A stretch of DNA of 32,036 nt from an uncultured Bdellovibrionales bacterium (GTDB taxonomy: Bacteria; Patescibacteriota; Minisyncoccia; Moranbacterales; UBA1568), in the NCBI GenBank assembly GCA_964461975.1, contig CAYWVL010000002.1, positions 4,101-36,136 on the forward strand, written 5' to 3'. The position numbers and the translations under genes were made by a program. A model generated the notes under the pieces. The model was not told the DNA's origin, made no database searches, and was given only the letters and a program-made list of their open reading frames with translations. This document shows positions 24,008 to 32,036 of the stretch, piece by piece. How positions within the stretch are numbered: position 1 is the first letter of the stretch; each line of letters starts with the position of its first letter.

Positions 24008-24517
24008 TCAGAAAGTGCGGCTGTCGTAGGCCCAATGCAGCAACGCCTGACGCTGTCGTGGTCGGCAACTGGAATCGCCGCGCCGACAGTTGTACCGGAT
24101 CTGGGCGATATGCCTTTGGATCGCCCGCCAGCGCTTGATCTGCCGCTCGTCTTCGTCGGCGAGACGGCGACCCATATAATAGCGGCAGTACCACTGGAAC
24201 CAGCCGCGCGGATCATCTGGATATATCCACCCTTTGGCGCGCCAGACCGCAAGCGGCTGCGAGGCTACGACGCCGAAGTAGTTGAGCGCAGGATCCGAAC
24301 GCTCCGGCGACAGCTTGGCCTGAGCGAACCAATCGGCTGGAAACTCATCCCGGCAATCGGTCATGTATTTGCCGCCGAAGACGCCGAGCGCGAGCATCTC
24401 TTTGGGCGTGAGATCGGGTTTGAAATCGGGATGGAAGTTGCGACCGATGGGTTCGGTACAGACGTAGCGGTACCCGGTCTGCATGTGATCAGTCACAGTA
24501 ATGATGCGTTTGGGCAT
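24008..24517 (-). CDS. Conserved hypothetical protein (169 aa), function unknown
   Basis: ORF with well-ordered, non-repetitive sequence (..MLALGVFGGKYMTDC..GWFQWYCRYYMGRRLADEDERQIKRW..). It is the last gene of the minus-strand operon. I cannot place it in a named family. Confidence 0.75.
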   Translation of the reverse strand: MPKRIITVTDHMQTGYRYVCTEPIGRNFHPDFKPDLTPKEMLALGVFGGKYMTDCRDEFPADWFAQAKLSPERSDPALNYFGVVASQPLAVWRAKGWIYPDDPRGWFQWYCRYYMGRRLADEDERQIKRWRAIQRHIAQIRYNCRRGDSSCRPRQRQALLHWAYDSRTF

Positions 24518-24533
24518 AGCTGTTCAAGACTAC

Positions 24534-25871
24534 TTACTCGGCTTTTTTAACCAAAGTCATAGTCCAACCAGGGATAATCTTGAATCCGTACGATGTTCCC
24601 GGCGTCACACTACGAAACCTCTCTACCTGTTCTCTGAAATGATAGTCGCGGTATTTGTTCACAAAGAAGCTTTGCGGAGCAGCAACACATGCGAACACAA
24701 TGAGCAGACCACCGAATACCGACCGCAGCGCTTTTCTTTGTTCGATGGCAAAAAGAGAGGCAATTGCCACTATCCAGCCTAAGCCCGGCAAGTAGTAGTA
24801 CCGGCCCGTACCGCCGCCTGCCATGGCTTGCCATTGCGGTTCCGTCAGATGCGCCATGGGAAAAGCGATGCACCCAGCGAAGACGAAAAAGGAAAAGAGA
24901 ACGAAGAGCCTAGCTTCGAGCTCTGCTTTCAAGAAGAAATACCCGAGCAGCATCAAGCCCGCAAGTGCGGCGATAACCGGCAGAATCCCCTCCTTCCACA
25001 CGGCGAGGTCGCGGATACTCTCCGTGACATCGGAACCGACAAGGTGCTTCAGGAAAACATTGCCCCCGAGTATCATGGAGAAGTTGGTGAGAGTCGCTCC
25101 GAGTGGCGCCGAGGAACGCGGCGCATCGTTCTCGATAAAGAGGAAACTGTGCGCCTGGACAAGGAAGGCGATGGTCAGCACCGCAAACAAAAGCAGCTTT
25201 CCTTTGGGTCGGCGGAAGTACAGGTAGAGCATGAAGATTGGGAACGCGAAGAACACGAACGGTCCACTCAAGCCGGCAATAACGAGCGCGACGACATCGA
25301 AGACCTTCCATCCAGGACGTAGGCTCGCTGGGGCGATGATAACGAGCATCATCAGGATCGCTAAGTGCCAGTGGGCATTAGTCAGGTTCGCATGAACTTC
25401 AGATCCCGGCATGAGCAGGTAGGCGAACGCAAGAAACAATCGCTGCGAAAGCTTTGGCACAAGCGTTTCAAAACGCATGAGAAAGAACAACGCTGGCAGC
25501 ACAGTGACCAGAACGGCTAAGAGATTGAAGATGAGCGGCGCGTATTGGATATCCGCAAAGAGAGAAAGCCAGGCGCCAACCCGCGATATGGTCTGGTAAT
25601 AGCCCTGCTTCGGAACAAGGAATGGATCAGCTGCATTCTCGGCATGGTAGGCCTCTGCGTACCAGAGCACGCCATCTTCTGCGTAGAATTGCGGTTCCGT
25701 GACCGTCTCGACCCGGCGAGCAATCGTAATGAGCAAGGCGAGGACAAAGAACGCGAGAATGAATACCGCTTTCCTGCGACTCAGCCGTTCAAGCCAACTT
25801 CCAGCGCGACCGAAAAACCGAGAAGTGTGCTCTTGGAACATGGGCGCTAACGACAGAATCTGTCGAGTCAT
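24534..25871 (-). CDS. Large polytopic membrane protein (GT-C-like glycosyltransferase fold suspected)
   Basis: ORF 24534..26033, trimmed to the ATG at 25871; 25841 is the alternative. Longer forms overlap the UvrA paralogue. It has more than 10 hydrophobic helices and an acidic first loop (FYAEDGVLWY), as in GT-C enzymes. The functional call is tentative. Confidence 0.75.
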   Translation of the reverse strand: MTRQILSLAPMFQEHTSRFFGRAGSWLERLSRRKAVFILAFFVLALLITIARRVETVTEPQFYAEDGVLWYAEAYHAENAADPFLVPKQGYYQTISRVGAWLSLFADIQYAPLIFNLLAVLVTVLPALFFLMRFETLVPKLSQRLFLAFAYLLMPGSEVHANLTNAHWHLAILMMLVIIAPASLRPGWKVFDVVALVIAGLSGPFVFFAFPIFMLYLYFRRPKGKLLLFAVLTIAFLVQAHSFLFIENDAPRSSAPLGATLTNFSMILGGNVFLKHLVGSDVTESIRDLAVWKEGILPVIAALAGLMLLGYFFLKAELEARLFVLFSFFVFAGCIAFPMAHLTEPQWQAMAGGGTGRYYYLPGLGWIVAIASLFAIEQRKALRSVFGGLLIVFACVAAPQSFFVNKYRDYHFREQVERFRSVTPGTSYGFKIIPGWTMTLVKKAE

Positions 25872-25885
25872 ACAGGACTGGCTAC

Positions 25886-28483
25886 TTACTTTTGTGAACG
25901 GAGGGCCCGCTTGAGATATTCGCCCGTGTGCGACCCCGCGGCCTTGGCGACTTCCTCGGGCGTCCCCACAGCGACGAGCTTGCCGCCACCCGACCCGCCC
26001 TCGGGTCCGATATCGAGGATATGGTCGGCGCACTTGATGAGATCCATATTGTGCTCGATGACCATCACGGTATTCCCCTTCACCACGAGCCGGTCGAGTA
26101 TCTCGATGAGTTTCTTCACGTCGGCGTAGTGGAGCCCGATCGTCGGTTCGTCCAGGAGATACATGGTCCGCTCGGTCGACTGACGGTAGAGCTCGCTGGC
26201 TATCTTGACCCGCTGCGCCTCGCCGCCCGAGAGCGTGGTCGCTGACTGCCCGAGCTCGAGGTACCCCAAGCCTACTTCATTCAAAGTCTTGAGGCGGTCG
26301 GCGATCGCCGGGATATCGTAGAAGAACTGGTACGCCTCCTCGATAGTCATGGTCAGGACTTGGTGGATATTCTTGTTCTTATAGGTGACTTCAAGAGTCT
26401 CCTTGGTGAAGCGCTTTCCATCGCAGACGTCGCACGGGACATAGACCGTCGGGAGGAAATGCATCTCGACCGCGATGAAGCCATTGCCCTCACAGGTCTC
26501 GCAGCGCCCGCCGGGGCGATTGAACGAGAAACGGCCCGGTTTCCAGCCGCGCACGCGGGCTTCTTCGGTCGCGGCGAAGAGATCGCGGACATGATTGAAG
26601 GCGCCGGTATACGTCGCAGGGTTGGAGCGCGGGGTCCGGCCGATCGGGCTTTGATCGATCATCACGACACGGGATAAATATTCGGTCCCGGTGAGACTGT
26701 CGCAATTCTCGAGGCGGTTGGACTTGTAACGCCGATCAAAGCGAGCCTGAAGATTCTTGTGGAGGATCTCATAGAGGAACGACGACTTGCCCGATCCGGA
26801 GACACCGGTGACCGCGATGAAGCGGCCGAGCGGGATATCGACATTGAAGTTTTGGATATTGAAGGCCCGGCCGCCGCGGATGCGGATCGTGCCCTTGTCC
26901 TTGGTCCGGCGCTCGGGAACCGGTATCGTCTCCTCGCCACGGAGGTAGGCCAGCGTCAGCGAGCCGGAGGTATTCTTTTTCGCTGTCAGGAGATCCTGCA
27001 GCGGCCCCGCAACCACCACCTCGCCGCCATGCACGCCAGCGCCCGGCCCGATGTCTACCAGATAATCCGAAGCGAAGATCGTGTCCTCGTCATGCTCGAC
27101 CACGATGATGGTGTTGCCGAGATCGCGGAGAGCCTCGAGTGTCTTGATCAGCCGGGCGTTATCCCGCTGGTGGAGCCCGATCGTCGGCTCATCGAGGACG
27201 TAGAGCGCGCCCACGAGCTGACTCCCGAGTTGCGAAGCGAGCCGGATCCGCTGCGCCTCGCCTCCCGAAAGCGTATTGGCCCGCCGATCGAGCGTGAGAT
27301 AGTTGAGACCGACATTGAGGAGAAATTGGAGCCGACTCTCGATCTCGCGCAAGACTACAGCTGCGATCTGCTCCTCGCGCGGCGTCAGGTCGAGCTCGAT
27401 GAAGAAATCATACGCGCCTTCGATGGTCGCCTTGGTGAGGTCCACGACGTTCTTGCCGCCGACGAGGATATGGAGCGCTTCCTCGCGGAGCCGCGTGCCA
27501 TTGCATACCTCGCACGGCTCATCGCCAAAGAAATGCTTGGTCCCGAGCCCATTGCAGGCCTGACAGGCCCCGTAGGGCGAGTTGAAGGAGAAGAGACGCG
27601 GCTCGACCTCCGGATACGAGAAGCCGTCATAGGGGCAGGTGAATTTGGCCGAGAGGAGGAATTCCTCGCTGCCGACGCGCACTTTGACGATATTTTCCGC
27701 CTCAGAGAGGGCGCGCTGGACCGCTTCCGATAGCCGGATCTCGGTATCATCCTGATACTGCTTGAAATCCCGGGCGAGAAACTCATCCACCACGAGGTCG
27801 ATGGTGTGCTTGAAGTTCTTCTTGAGCACGATCTGCTCGCGCAGACTCTTGCGCTCCCCGTCGAGATAGATCGAAGTGAAGCCGCGCCCCAAGGCGTGGT
27901 AGAGCATCTGGTAGTATTCGCCTTTCCGTCCGCGCACGACCGGGGCCAAGACCATGACGGGGAGATCCTGCTGCTTGGGATCCGCGAGAATCGCATGCAC
28001 CTTGCCTTTGACGACGTCGAGCATCTCCTCGGTCGAGAGCTTGCTAATCTCGCGTCCGCACTCGAGACAGTGCGGCCGACCGAGTCGGGCGTAGAGGACG
28101 CGGAGGTAATCATAGATCTCTGTCACGGTCGCGACCGTCGAGCGCGGGTTGCGGCTCGCGGACTTCTGGTCGATCGAGATCGCCGGCGAGAGCCCCACGA
28201 TCTCATCGACGTCCGGCTTCTGCATAGTGTTGAGGAACTGCCGCGCATACGCCGAGAGGCTCTCGACGTAGCGGCGCTGCCCCTCGGCGAAAATAGTATC
28301 GAAGGCCAGTGACGACTTGCCCGACCCCGACAAGCCGGTAAAGACGACCAGCTCGTTGCGCGGCATCGAGACGGTGATGTTCTTGAGATTATGCGTCCGG
28401 GCACCTTTGACCGTGATCAACTCGCTCGGAGCAACACGCGGGACGCTCGACTTCAGTTGTACAGAGGCTTTCTTCTTGGTCAT
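25886..28483 (-). CDS. uvrA: UvrA paralogue (excinuclease ABC subunit A family) lacking the insertion domain
   Basis: ORF 25886..28603, trimmed to the ATG at 28483 (MTKKKASV...[14 protein letters not shown]). It has [33 protein letters not shown] twice, and a canonical-looking [13 protein letters not shown] segment. Only 13 aa separate CQAC from CEVC (27503-27565), against 119 aa in the other copy. Confidence 0.95.
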   Translation of the reverse strand: MTKKKASVQLKSSVPRVAPSELITVKGARTHNLKNITVSMPRNELVVFTGLSGSGKSSLAFDTIFAEGQRRYVESLSAYARQFLNTMQKPDVDEIVGLSPAISIDQKSASRNPRSTVATVTEIYDYLRVLYARLGRPHCLECGREISKLSTEEMLDVVKGKVHAILADPKQQDLPVMVLAPVVRGRKGEYYQMLYHALGRGFTSIYLDGERKSLREQIVLKKNFKHTIDLVVDEFLARDFKQYQDDTEIRLSEAVQRALSEAENIVKVRVGSEEFLLSAKFTCPYDGFSYPEVEPRLFSFNSPYGACQACNGLGTKHFFGDEPCEVCNGTRLREEALHILVGGKNVVDLTKATIEGAYDFFIELDLTPREEQIAAVVLREIESRLQFLLNVGLNYLTLDRRANTLSGGEAQRIRLASQLGSQLVGALYVLDEPTIGLHQRDNARLIKTLEALRDLGNTIIVVEHDEDTIFASDYLVDIGPGAGVHGGEVVVAGPLQDLLTAKKNTSGSLTLAYLRGEETIPVPERRTKDKGTIRIRGGRAFNIQNFNVDIPLGRFIAVTGVSGSGKSSFLYEILHKNLQARFDRRYKSNRLENCDSLTGTEYLSRVVMIDQSPIGRTPRSNPATYTGAFNHVRDLFAATEEARVRGWKPGRFSFNRPGGRCETCEGNGFIAVEMHFLPTVYVPCDVCDGKRFTKETLEVTYKNKNIHQVLTMTIEEAYQFFYDIPAIADRLKTLNEVGLGYLELGQSATTLSGGEAQRVKIASELYRQSTERTMYLLDEPTIGLHYADVKKLIEILDRLVVKGNTVMVIEHNMDLIKCADHILDIGPEGGSGGGKLVAVGTPEEVAKAAGSHTGEYLKRALRSQK

Positions 28484-29202
28484 ACAGTCGAGATATGTTC
28501 GAGGATCCGCGCCATCTCGGCGGGGTGCTCCGGATGGACCACCAACTCGACTGTCCCCGTCTGAGGAAAGCGGGCGGCGAGAAGATCTGCATCGCGCGTC
28601 CAATTCGGATCAGCCAGATAGTCACTGGTGCGGATGGCTGTTTCGCGCACCGGAAGCAGCCGAACAGCGAAACGGCCGAGCCAGTGGATGATGCTACCAG
28701 CAAGCGCCTGGCGGGCGGGTGCGACGACACCGAATCGCCCCAGCCGAACGAACGGGATACCATGCGCCCGCGCGAGATCGAGAACAACCGGGAAAAATGG
28801 TGGGAAGTAATGGACATGCTCATGCGAGTTGAGACCGTCGGGCCAGCGGCCGAACCGCTCATAGAAGAGTACAAGCTGCCGCTCCCACTCTGCGCGCACG
28901 GATTCTCGCCTCAGTCCTCCCCTAAGGCAACAAGCGAGGAAAGCAATCAGTCGTCTGCCCGAGCTTTCGCCCGGAGCATGTCCACGTCCGAGAAGCTCGA
29001 TCAGCTCGAGATGAAGGTCGATCCGCACTCCGGTCTCAAGAAGGGCCTTGGCGGCGGTCTCGGTGACATAGCGCGACATCACGGCCACCCGGTCGAGCTT
29101 CCCGAGTCTGGCCAGCCGCAAAATGGGCTCAACCGTCTCGCGGATGCCGTAGTCGTCAGCCGTCACGATCAGTCGCTCACGGTGGGCTTGAGTGAATTGC
29201 AT
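28480..29202 (-). CDS. YdjC/ChbG/HpnK-family carbohydrate deacetylase
   Basis: ORF 28480..29250, trimmed to the ATG at 29202 ([20 protein letters not shown]...). It has LNSHEHVH. Its stop overlaps the start of the UvrA paralogue in ATGA (28480-28483). Confidence 0.85.
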   Translation of the reverse strand: MQFTQAHRERLIVTADDYGIRETVEPILRLARLGKLDRVAVMSRYVTETAAKALLETGVRIDLHLELIELLGRGHAPGESSGRRLIAFLACCLRGGLRRESVRAEWERQLVLFYERFGRWPDGLNSHEHVHYFPPFFPVVLDLARAHGIPFVRLGRFGVVAPARQALAGSIIHWLGRFAVRLLPVRETAIRTSDYLADPNWTRDADLLAARFPQTGTVELVVHPEHPAEMARILEHISTV

Positions 29203-29236
29203 GGCCTTTTCCAAAAGAGCTATGGTAACACATCGG

Positions 29237-29548
29237 TCACTCGCTTTCAAGAGCGCTCCTCGCTACTTGCCCCCGCTCAGCGAACAGCACGCCCTCCTGG
29301 CGCAGCTTGGCCACCTTGGCCCGCGGACCGCCAAACGCATAGTCGCCAAGCGAACCATCCGCGCGGACCACCCGGTGGCAGGGAATTGTTTTCGGGTCAG
29401 GATTCTCTTTCATCGCCGTTCCCACTGCCCGCGCCGCTCCCGGCCTCCCGGCTCGACGGGCAACGGCGCCATAGGTGAGGACGCTGCCTCGTGGGATCTT
29501 GGCGACCACGGCATAGACACGTTCGCGAAAGGAGAGTGTGTTCGGCAT
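29237..29548 (-). CDS. ogt: Methylated-DNA--protein-cysteine methyltransferase, single (C-terminal/DNA-binding) domain form
   Basis: 103-aa ORF. It has RVYAVVAKIPRGSVLTYGAVA... and the active-site motif IPCHRVV with the acceptor Cys present. There is no N-terminal domain. Confidence 0.9.
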   Translation of the reverse strand: MPNTLSFRERVYAVVAKIPRGSVLTYGAVARRAGRPGAARAVGTAMKENPDPKTIPCHRVVRADGSLGDYAFGGPRAKVAKLRQEGVLFAERGQVARSALESE

Positions 29549-29553
29549 ACGGT

Positions 29554-30477
29554 TTAGGATGATGGTTCAGCAAGGCTCGCCTGCAACTCCCCTACCGTCT
29601 CTTGGAGCTTCGCCTCAAGCTCGCGCACCGCGCTCGAGAGCGCCGTCCCGAGCGACACCTCTGTGGCAGTCATGCGAGAGAGTCGAGCTTCGTTCTGGCG
29701 GAGCGCAGCCGAACGCTTGGTCTCCCACTGCTTCACCTGGGTCAGCAAGCGCCCACGTTCTCCCTCAGAGAGCTCCATCTCACCGGCGCAGACTCGCCTC
29801 GTATCGATCGAGCTCGATGCCAGACCCAGCGCCACGGCTCCCGGCCAATGGGCGAGAGAGGGTGTAGAAAAATAGGACTGGTCGAAGGCACGGTACCAGA
29901 ATGCGACGGCTTCGGAGAGCGCTGTCTCGAACTCGTCCGTCAGCTCCCCGAAATCTTCCTGGAAGTTTTCAACAGATGTACGTTCCGACTTGCTCAATTG
30001 CGCCTCGGCGAGCCGGATGAGCCAGTCATTCCACGCGCCATACGCAGCCTCCAAGCGGAGTGCGCTGCCTGCCTGAACTACTCCCCGCTCTTCTTCTCGC
30101 GTTTCGATCGCAAACGCCACGCTCCCGTCATCCGCGCTCGCAACTATGGCCTGATACGGAGCACACCACTCGGAAGTACTCGCCTCGAGACTCCCCGCCA
30201 TCCGCTCTGCCGGTTCGCCCCAGGCGCGGAGCGGCTCGATCCAATCGGCGCTGTATCGCTCGACCTCGGACTGCTTCACGAGATCAAGAGTAGCCGTTGC
30301 CAAAGACTGGAAATCGAGGGGGTTCGGCTGGGCCGAGAGGACCTGCGTGACCGACTCCGACTCACTTCCCACTGCCGCTGTCGAATCAGGAGGAGCCGAC
30401 TCCTCGCTCCGGCCAAAGAGAACAGCCGCCCCGATGAGGAGCAGTACACCGCCAAGAGAGAGCGCGATCCACTTCAT
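29554..30477 (-). CDS. Membrane-anchored/secreted hypothetical protein (307 aa)
   Basis: ORF with an N-terminal anchor (MKWIALSLGGVLLLIGAAVLF). It is the first gene of the operon and ends 5 nt before the MGMT gene start. Confidence 0.75.
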   Translation of the reverse strand: MKWIALSLGGVLLLIGAAVLFGRSEESAPPDSTAAVGSESESVTQVLSAQPNPLDFQSLATATLDLVKQSEVERYSADWIEPLRAWGEPAERMAGSLEASTSEWCAPYQAIVASADDGSVAFAIETREEERGVVQAGSALRLEAAYGAWNDWLIRLAEAQLSKSERTSVENFQEDFGELTDEFETALSEAVAFWYRAFDQSYFSTPSLAHWPGAVALGLASSSIDTRRVCAGEMELSEGERGRLLTQVKQWETKRSAALRQNEARLSRMTATEVSLGTALSSAVRELEAKLQETVGELQASLAEPSS

Positions 30478-30483
30478 AGAGGT

Positions 30484-30492
30484 AGTATACCA
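30484..30492 (-). promoter_or_regulatory. Extended -10 element TGgTATACT positioned for a leaderless transcript
   Basis: Minus-strand reading is caaTGgTATACTacctctATG. Exactly 6 nt separate the hexamer from the ATG at 30477. Confidence 0.5.
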
Positions 30493-30499
30493 TTGACAT

Positions 30500-30533
30500 C
30501 AAAAACACTCCCCCGTCCGACGAAGGAGTGTCG
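30500..30533 (-). terminator. Rho-independent terminator after the 279-aa gene
   Basis: Minus-strand reading is ACACTCC-ttcgtcggacggg-GGAGTGT followed by TTTTT (A-run at 30501-30505 on the + strand). Confidence 0.65.
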
Positions 30534-30550
30534 CTTGATAGAGAGTCCTC

Positions 30551-31390
30551 TTATTGAGCGCTTCCCATGACCGACTTGAGCTTCTCTCGAGCGGATTCGA
30601 CCGCTGACTTGAAATCAGCCAGCGCCTTGTCGATCGCGGCTTTCCGCGTCGCAGCGAGCTTCTCGATATCGTCACGGATCTTGTCGAGACCGTTCTTGTC
30701 GTCCTTGAGCTTCTCGCGAGCTGCCTTCATGGCTGCGTCGTATGCCGAGCGGACTTCTTCGGCGCTCTTCCCGGCCTCGCAGTCAGACTTCGCTTTGGCG
30801 GCGGCAGCGTCGGCCGCTTCCTTGAAGTCGCTATAGGTATCGGAAGCACCGCTCTTCCGAGCATCGACGAGCGCATCGACTCCCGAACGGAAATCACTGA
30901 TGGCCTTGTCCACCGCGGCACGGCGAGCAGCTACGGCGGCGTCGACTGTCTGCTTGAATTCGGCGACAGCGGCTTTCTCTGCGTCGGTATCCGCCTGTTC
31001 ATCGAGCTTGGCGTAGAGCGCGCTCCGGCGATCGTCCTGGCCATCGCGCTTCTCACCGAGCCATTCGTCCCGGTTGTCCCGCCGGTCGGTGCGTCGCTCA
31101 CCGCGAGCCGCCACCCGATCACTCACCCGGCCGGCTTTGTCTTCCATCCGATCAGTCCGATTTTCGACACGCGTAGTAAAGCGTTCACAGAAAGCCGCTT
31201 GACGCTTCTCCTGCATCTCTTCTTTCTTCTCGGCCCAGGCTCCGCGCCGCTCCTCCATCTTGGCCGCGCGTTCTTCCATGCGTTTCTCACGCTCTTGCCA
31301 TTTGCCGTCCGCTGCCCACGCGGCCTGGGGCAGGACTACCCCCACCAGCGAGAGTGCAGCGAGCGTCGTCTGAAGCTGTTTGTTCATCAT
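30551..31390 (-). CDS. Secreted, highly charged alpha-helical repeat protein (279 aa)
   Basis: ORF 30551..31549, trimmed to the ATG at 31390 (MMNKQLQTTLAALSLVGVVLPQAAWA, a signal peptide). It has an E/R/K-rich region, then recurring A.DKA(I/L).DF(R/K)S.V(D/E) segments. Confidence 0.75.
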   Translation of the reverse strand: MMNKQLQTTLAALSLVGVVLPQAAWAADGKWQEREKRMEERAAKMEERRGAWAEKKEEMQEKRQAAFCERFTTRVENRTDRMEDKAGRVSDRVAARGERRTDRRDNRDEWLGEKRDGQDDRRSALYAKLDEQADTDAEKAAVAEFKQTVDAAVAARRAAVDKAISDFRSGVDALVDARKSGASDTYSDFKEAADAAAAKAKSDCEAGKSAEEVRSAYDAAMKAAREKLKDDKNGLDKIRDDIEKLAATRKAAIDKALADFKSAVESAREKLKSVMGSAQ

Positions 31391-31403
31391 ATGCGTAGCG
31401 CGA

Positions 31404-31811
31404 CTAATTATTATTCCCCTCCTCGACATCGGCCATCTCGTCGCTGTCATAGCTCGAGAGATCGTCCCGATCCGCGAGCGCCTCATCGATGAGATCATCG
31501 GCCACTCGGTCCGGCGTGACGACGCCAGTGATCGGAGCCTGGGCAGCACTCGGCGCCCCGGCCGCCGGAGCCCCTGTGTTCATCGGCTGCTCCGAGCGCA
31601 TTGCCGGCACATCCGTGTCTACCGCAGTCGGCATCGGTTGACGGGTGAACTGGCTATAGATGACCGCCAGCACGACAAGCACGAGCAAAAGGCCGAAGCC
31701 GAAGCCGATAAGGCGCCGCTCGACGCCCAGCACTTTGGTCGAGGGACTCGCCGGAGCACCTGCCTCGGGAGTCGCTGGTGGAGTTACGTTCGGGGTATTG
31801 GAAACATCCAT
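31404..31811 (-). CDS. Single-pass membrane protein with Pro/Ala-rich and acidic tail (135 aa)
   Basis: ORF 31404..32033, trimmed to the ATG at 31811 (MDVSNTPNVTPP...). It has a TM helix (LIGFGFGLLLVLVVLAVIY). The upstream 74 codons look non-coding and contain a TATACT hexamer (31857-31852). Confidence 0.6.
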   Translation of the reverse strand: MDVSNTPNVTPPATPEAGAPASPSTKVLGVERRLIGFGFGLLLVLVVLAVIYSQFTRQPMPTAVDTDVPAMRSEQPMNTGAPAAGAPSAAQAPITGVVTPDRVADDLIDEALADRDDLSSYDSDEMADVEEGNNN

Positions 31812-32036
31812 AAGCTTTTGTGATGCGTTTAGATATTTAAGCGATGCTTCCAGTATATACCCGCCTTGACAAGGCACAAAGCGTACTCTCGCGACCAGGC
31901 CGACACTGTTTCCTACGCTATTCCCTCCCCGAGAGACGCACATTGCGGGCATCAGTTGCCAAAATAGAGCGGAAGCGCTATGGTCGAGCCATCGGGACAG
32001 TGGTCCCTTCACAACCAACGAGGTGCATGTCATGGC

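Noticed and set aside
25872-26033. N-terminal extensions given by the longest-ORF track. Examples: membrane protein to 26033, UvrA paralogue to 28603, 279-aa protein to 31549, 135-aa protein to 32033, uvrC to 7237.
   Set aside because: The extensions overlap the preceding gene or promoter elements. They are Arg/Ser/Pro-rich with no features. Internal ATGs give canonical N-termini (signal peptides, the UvrA/UvrC starts).
26759-27733. 324-aa + strand ORF opposite the UvrA paralogue. The same applies to 28495..29478 and 29602..30570 opposite the YdjC/MGMT genes and the 307-aa gene.
   Set aside because: These are antisense shadows of well-supported minus-strand genes, with no start-site signals.

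Overview
GC-rich, very gene-dense bacterial chromosomal segment. I call 35 protein-coding genes, 28 on the minus strand. I recognise no rRNA, tRNA, CRISPR array, transposase or integrase.

Content from left to right:
- The end of a type IV pilus module: a partial prepilin and pilC.
- A Pol-beta-like nucleotidyltransferase-fold protein.
- uvrA and uvrC.
- A stand-alone Cas4/RecB-like Fe-S nuclease.
- Several small unknown genes and a C39-like peptidase.
- A DEAD-box helicase.
- A run of membrane or exported proteins: MerF-like, PQQ-type sugar dehydrogenase, S9-like hydrolase, BASS transporter, DUF1761-like and DUF4395-like.
- A sortase with its predicted substrate.
- A pseudouridine synthase, a YjdF-like protein and a SpoIID/LytB-like protein.
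- A long minus-strand operon that mixes DNA-repair genes (single-domain MGMT, a second UvrA paralogue) with envelope-type genes (YdjC-like deacetylase, a polytopic membrane protein).

The gene repertoire is reminiscent of an uncultivated small-genome lineage (Patescibacteria/CPR-like). Supporting features are type IV pili, thrombospondin-type-3-repeat proteins, a UvrC without a (HhH)2 tail and many secreted unknowns. This placement is inference only.

I do not see a clear-cut new defence or mobile system. The observations most worth follow-up are:
1. An orphan promoter-to-terminator unit at 15141-15327 that looks like a structured ~150-nt RNA.
2. A sortase carrying a ~115-aa Ca-binding TSP3-repeat spacer, next to a substrate with a non-canonical APATG sorting signal.
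3. Two UvrA paralogues that each deviate from the canonical architecture in a different module. One of them is translationally coupled inside an MGMT-YdjC-UvrA-membrane protein operon.
4. A very regular TGnTAnnnT (mostly TATACT) promoter grammar, with several apparently leaderless genes.

All family assignments come from motif recognition by eye. No database search was run.
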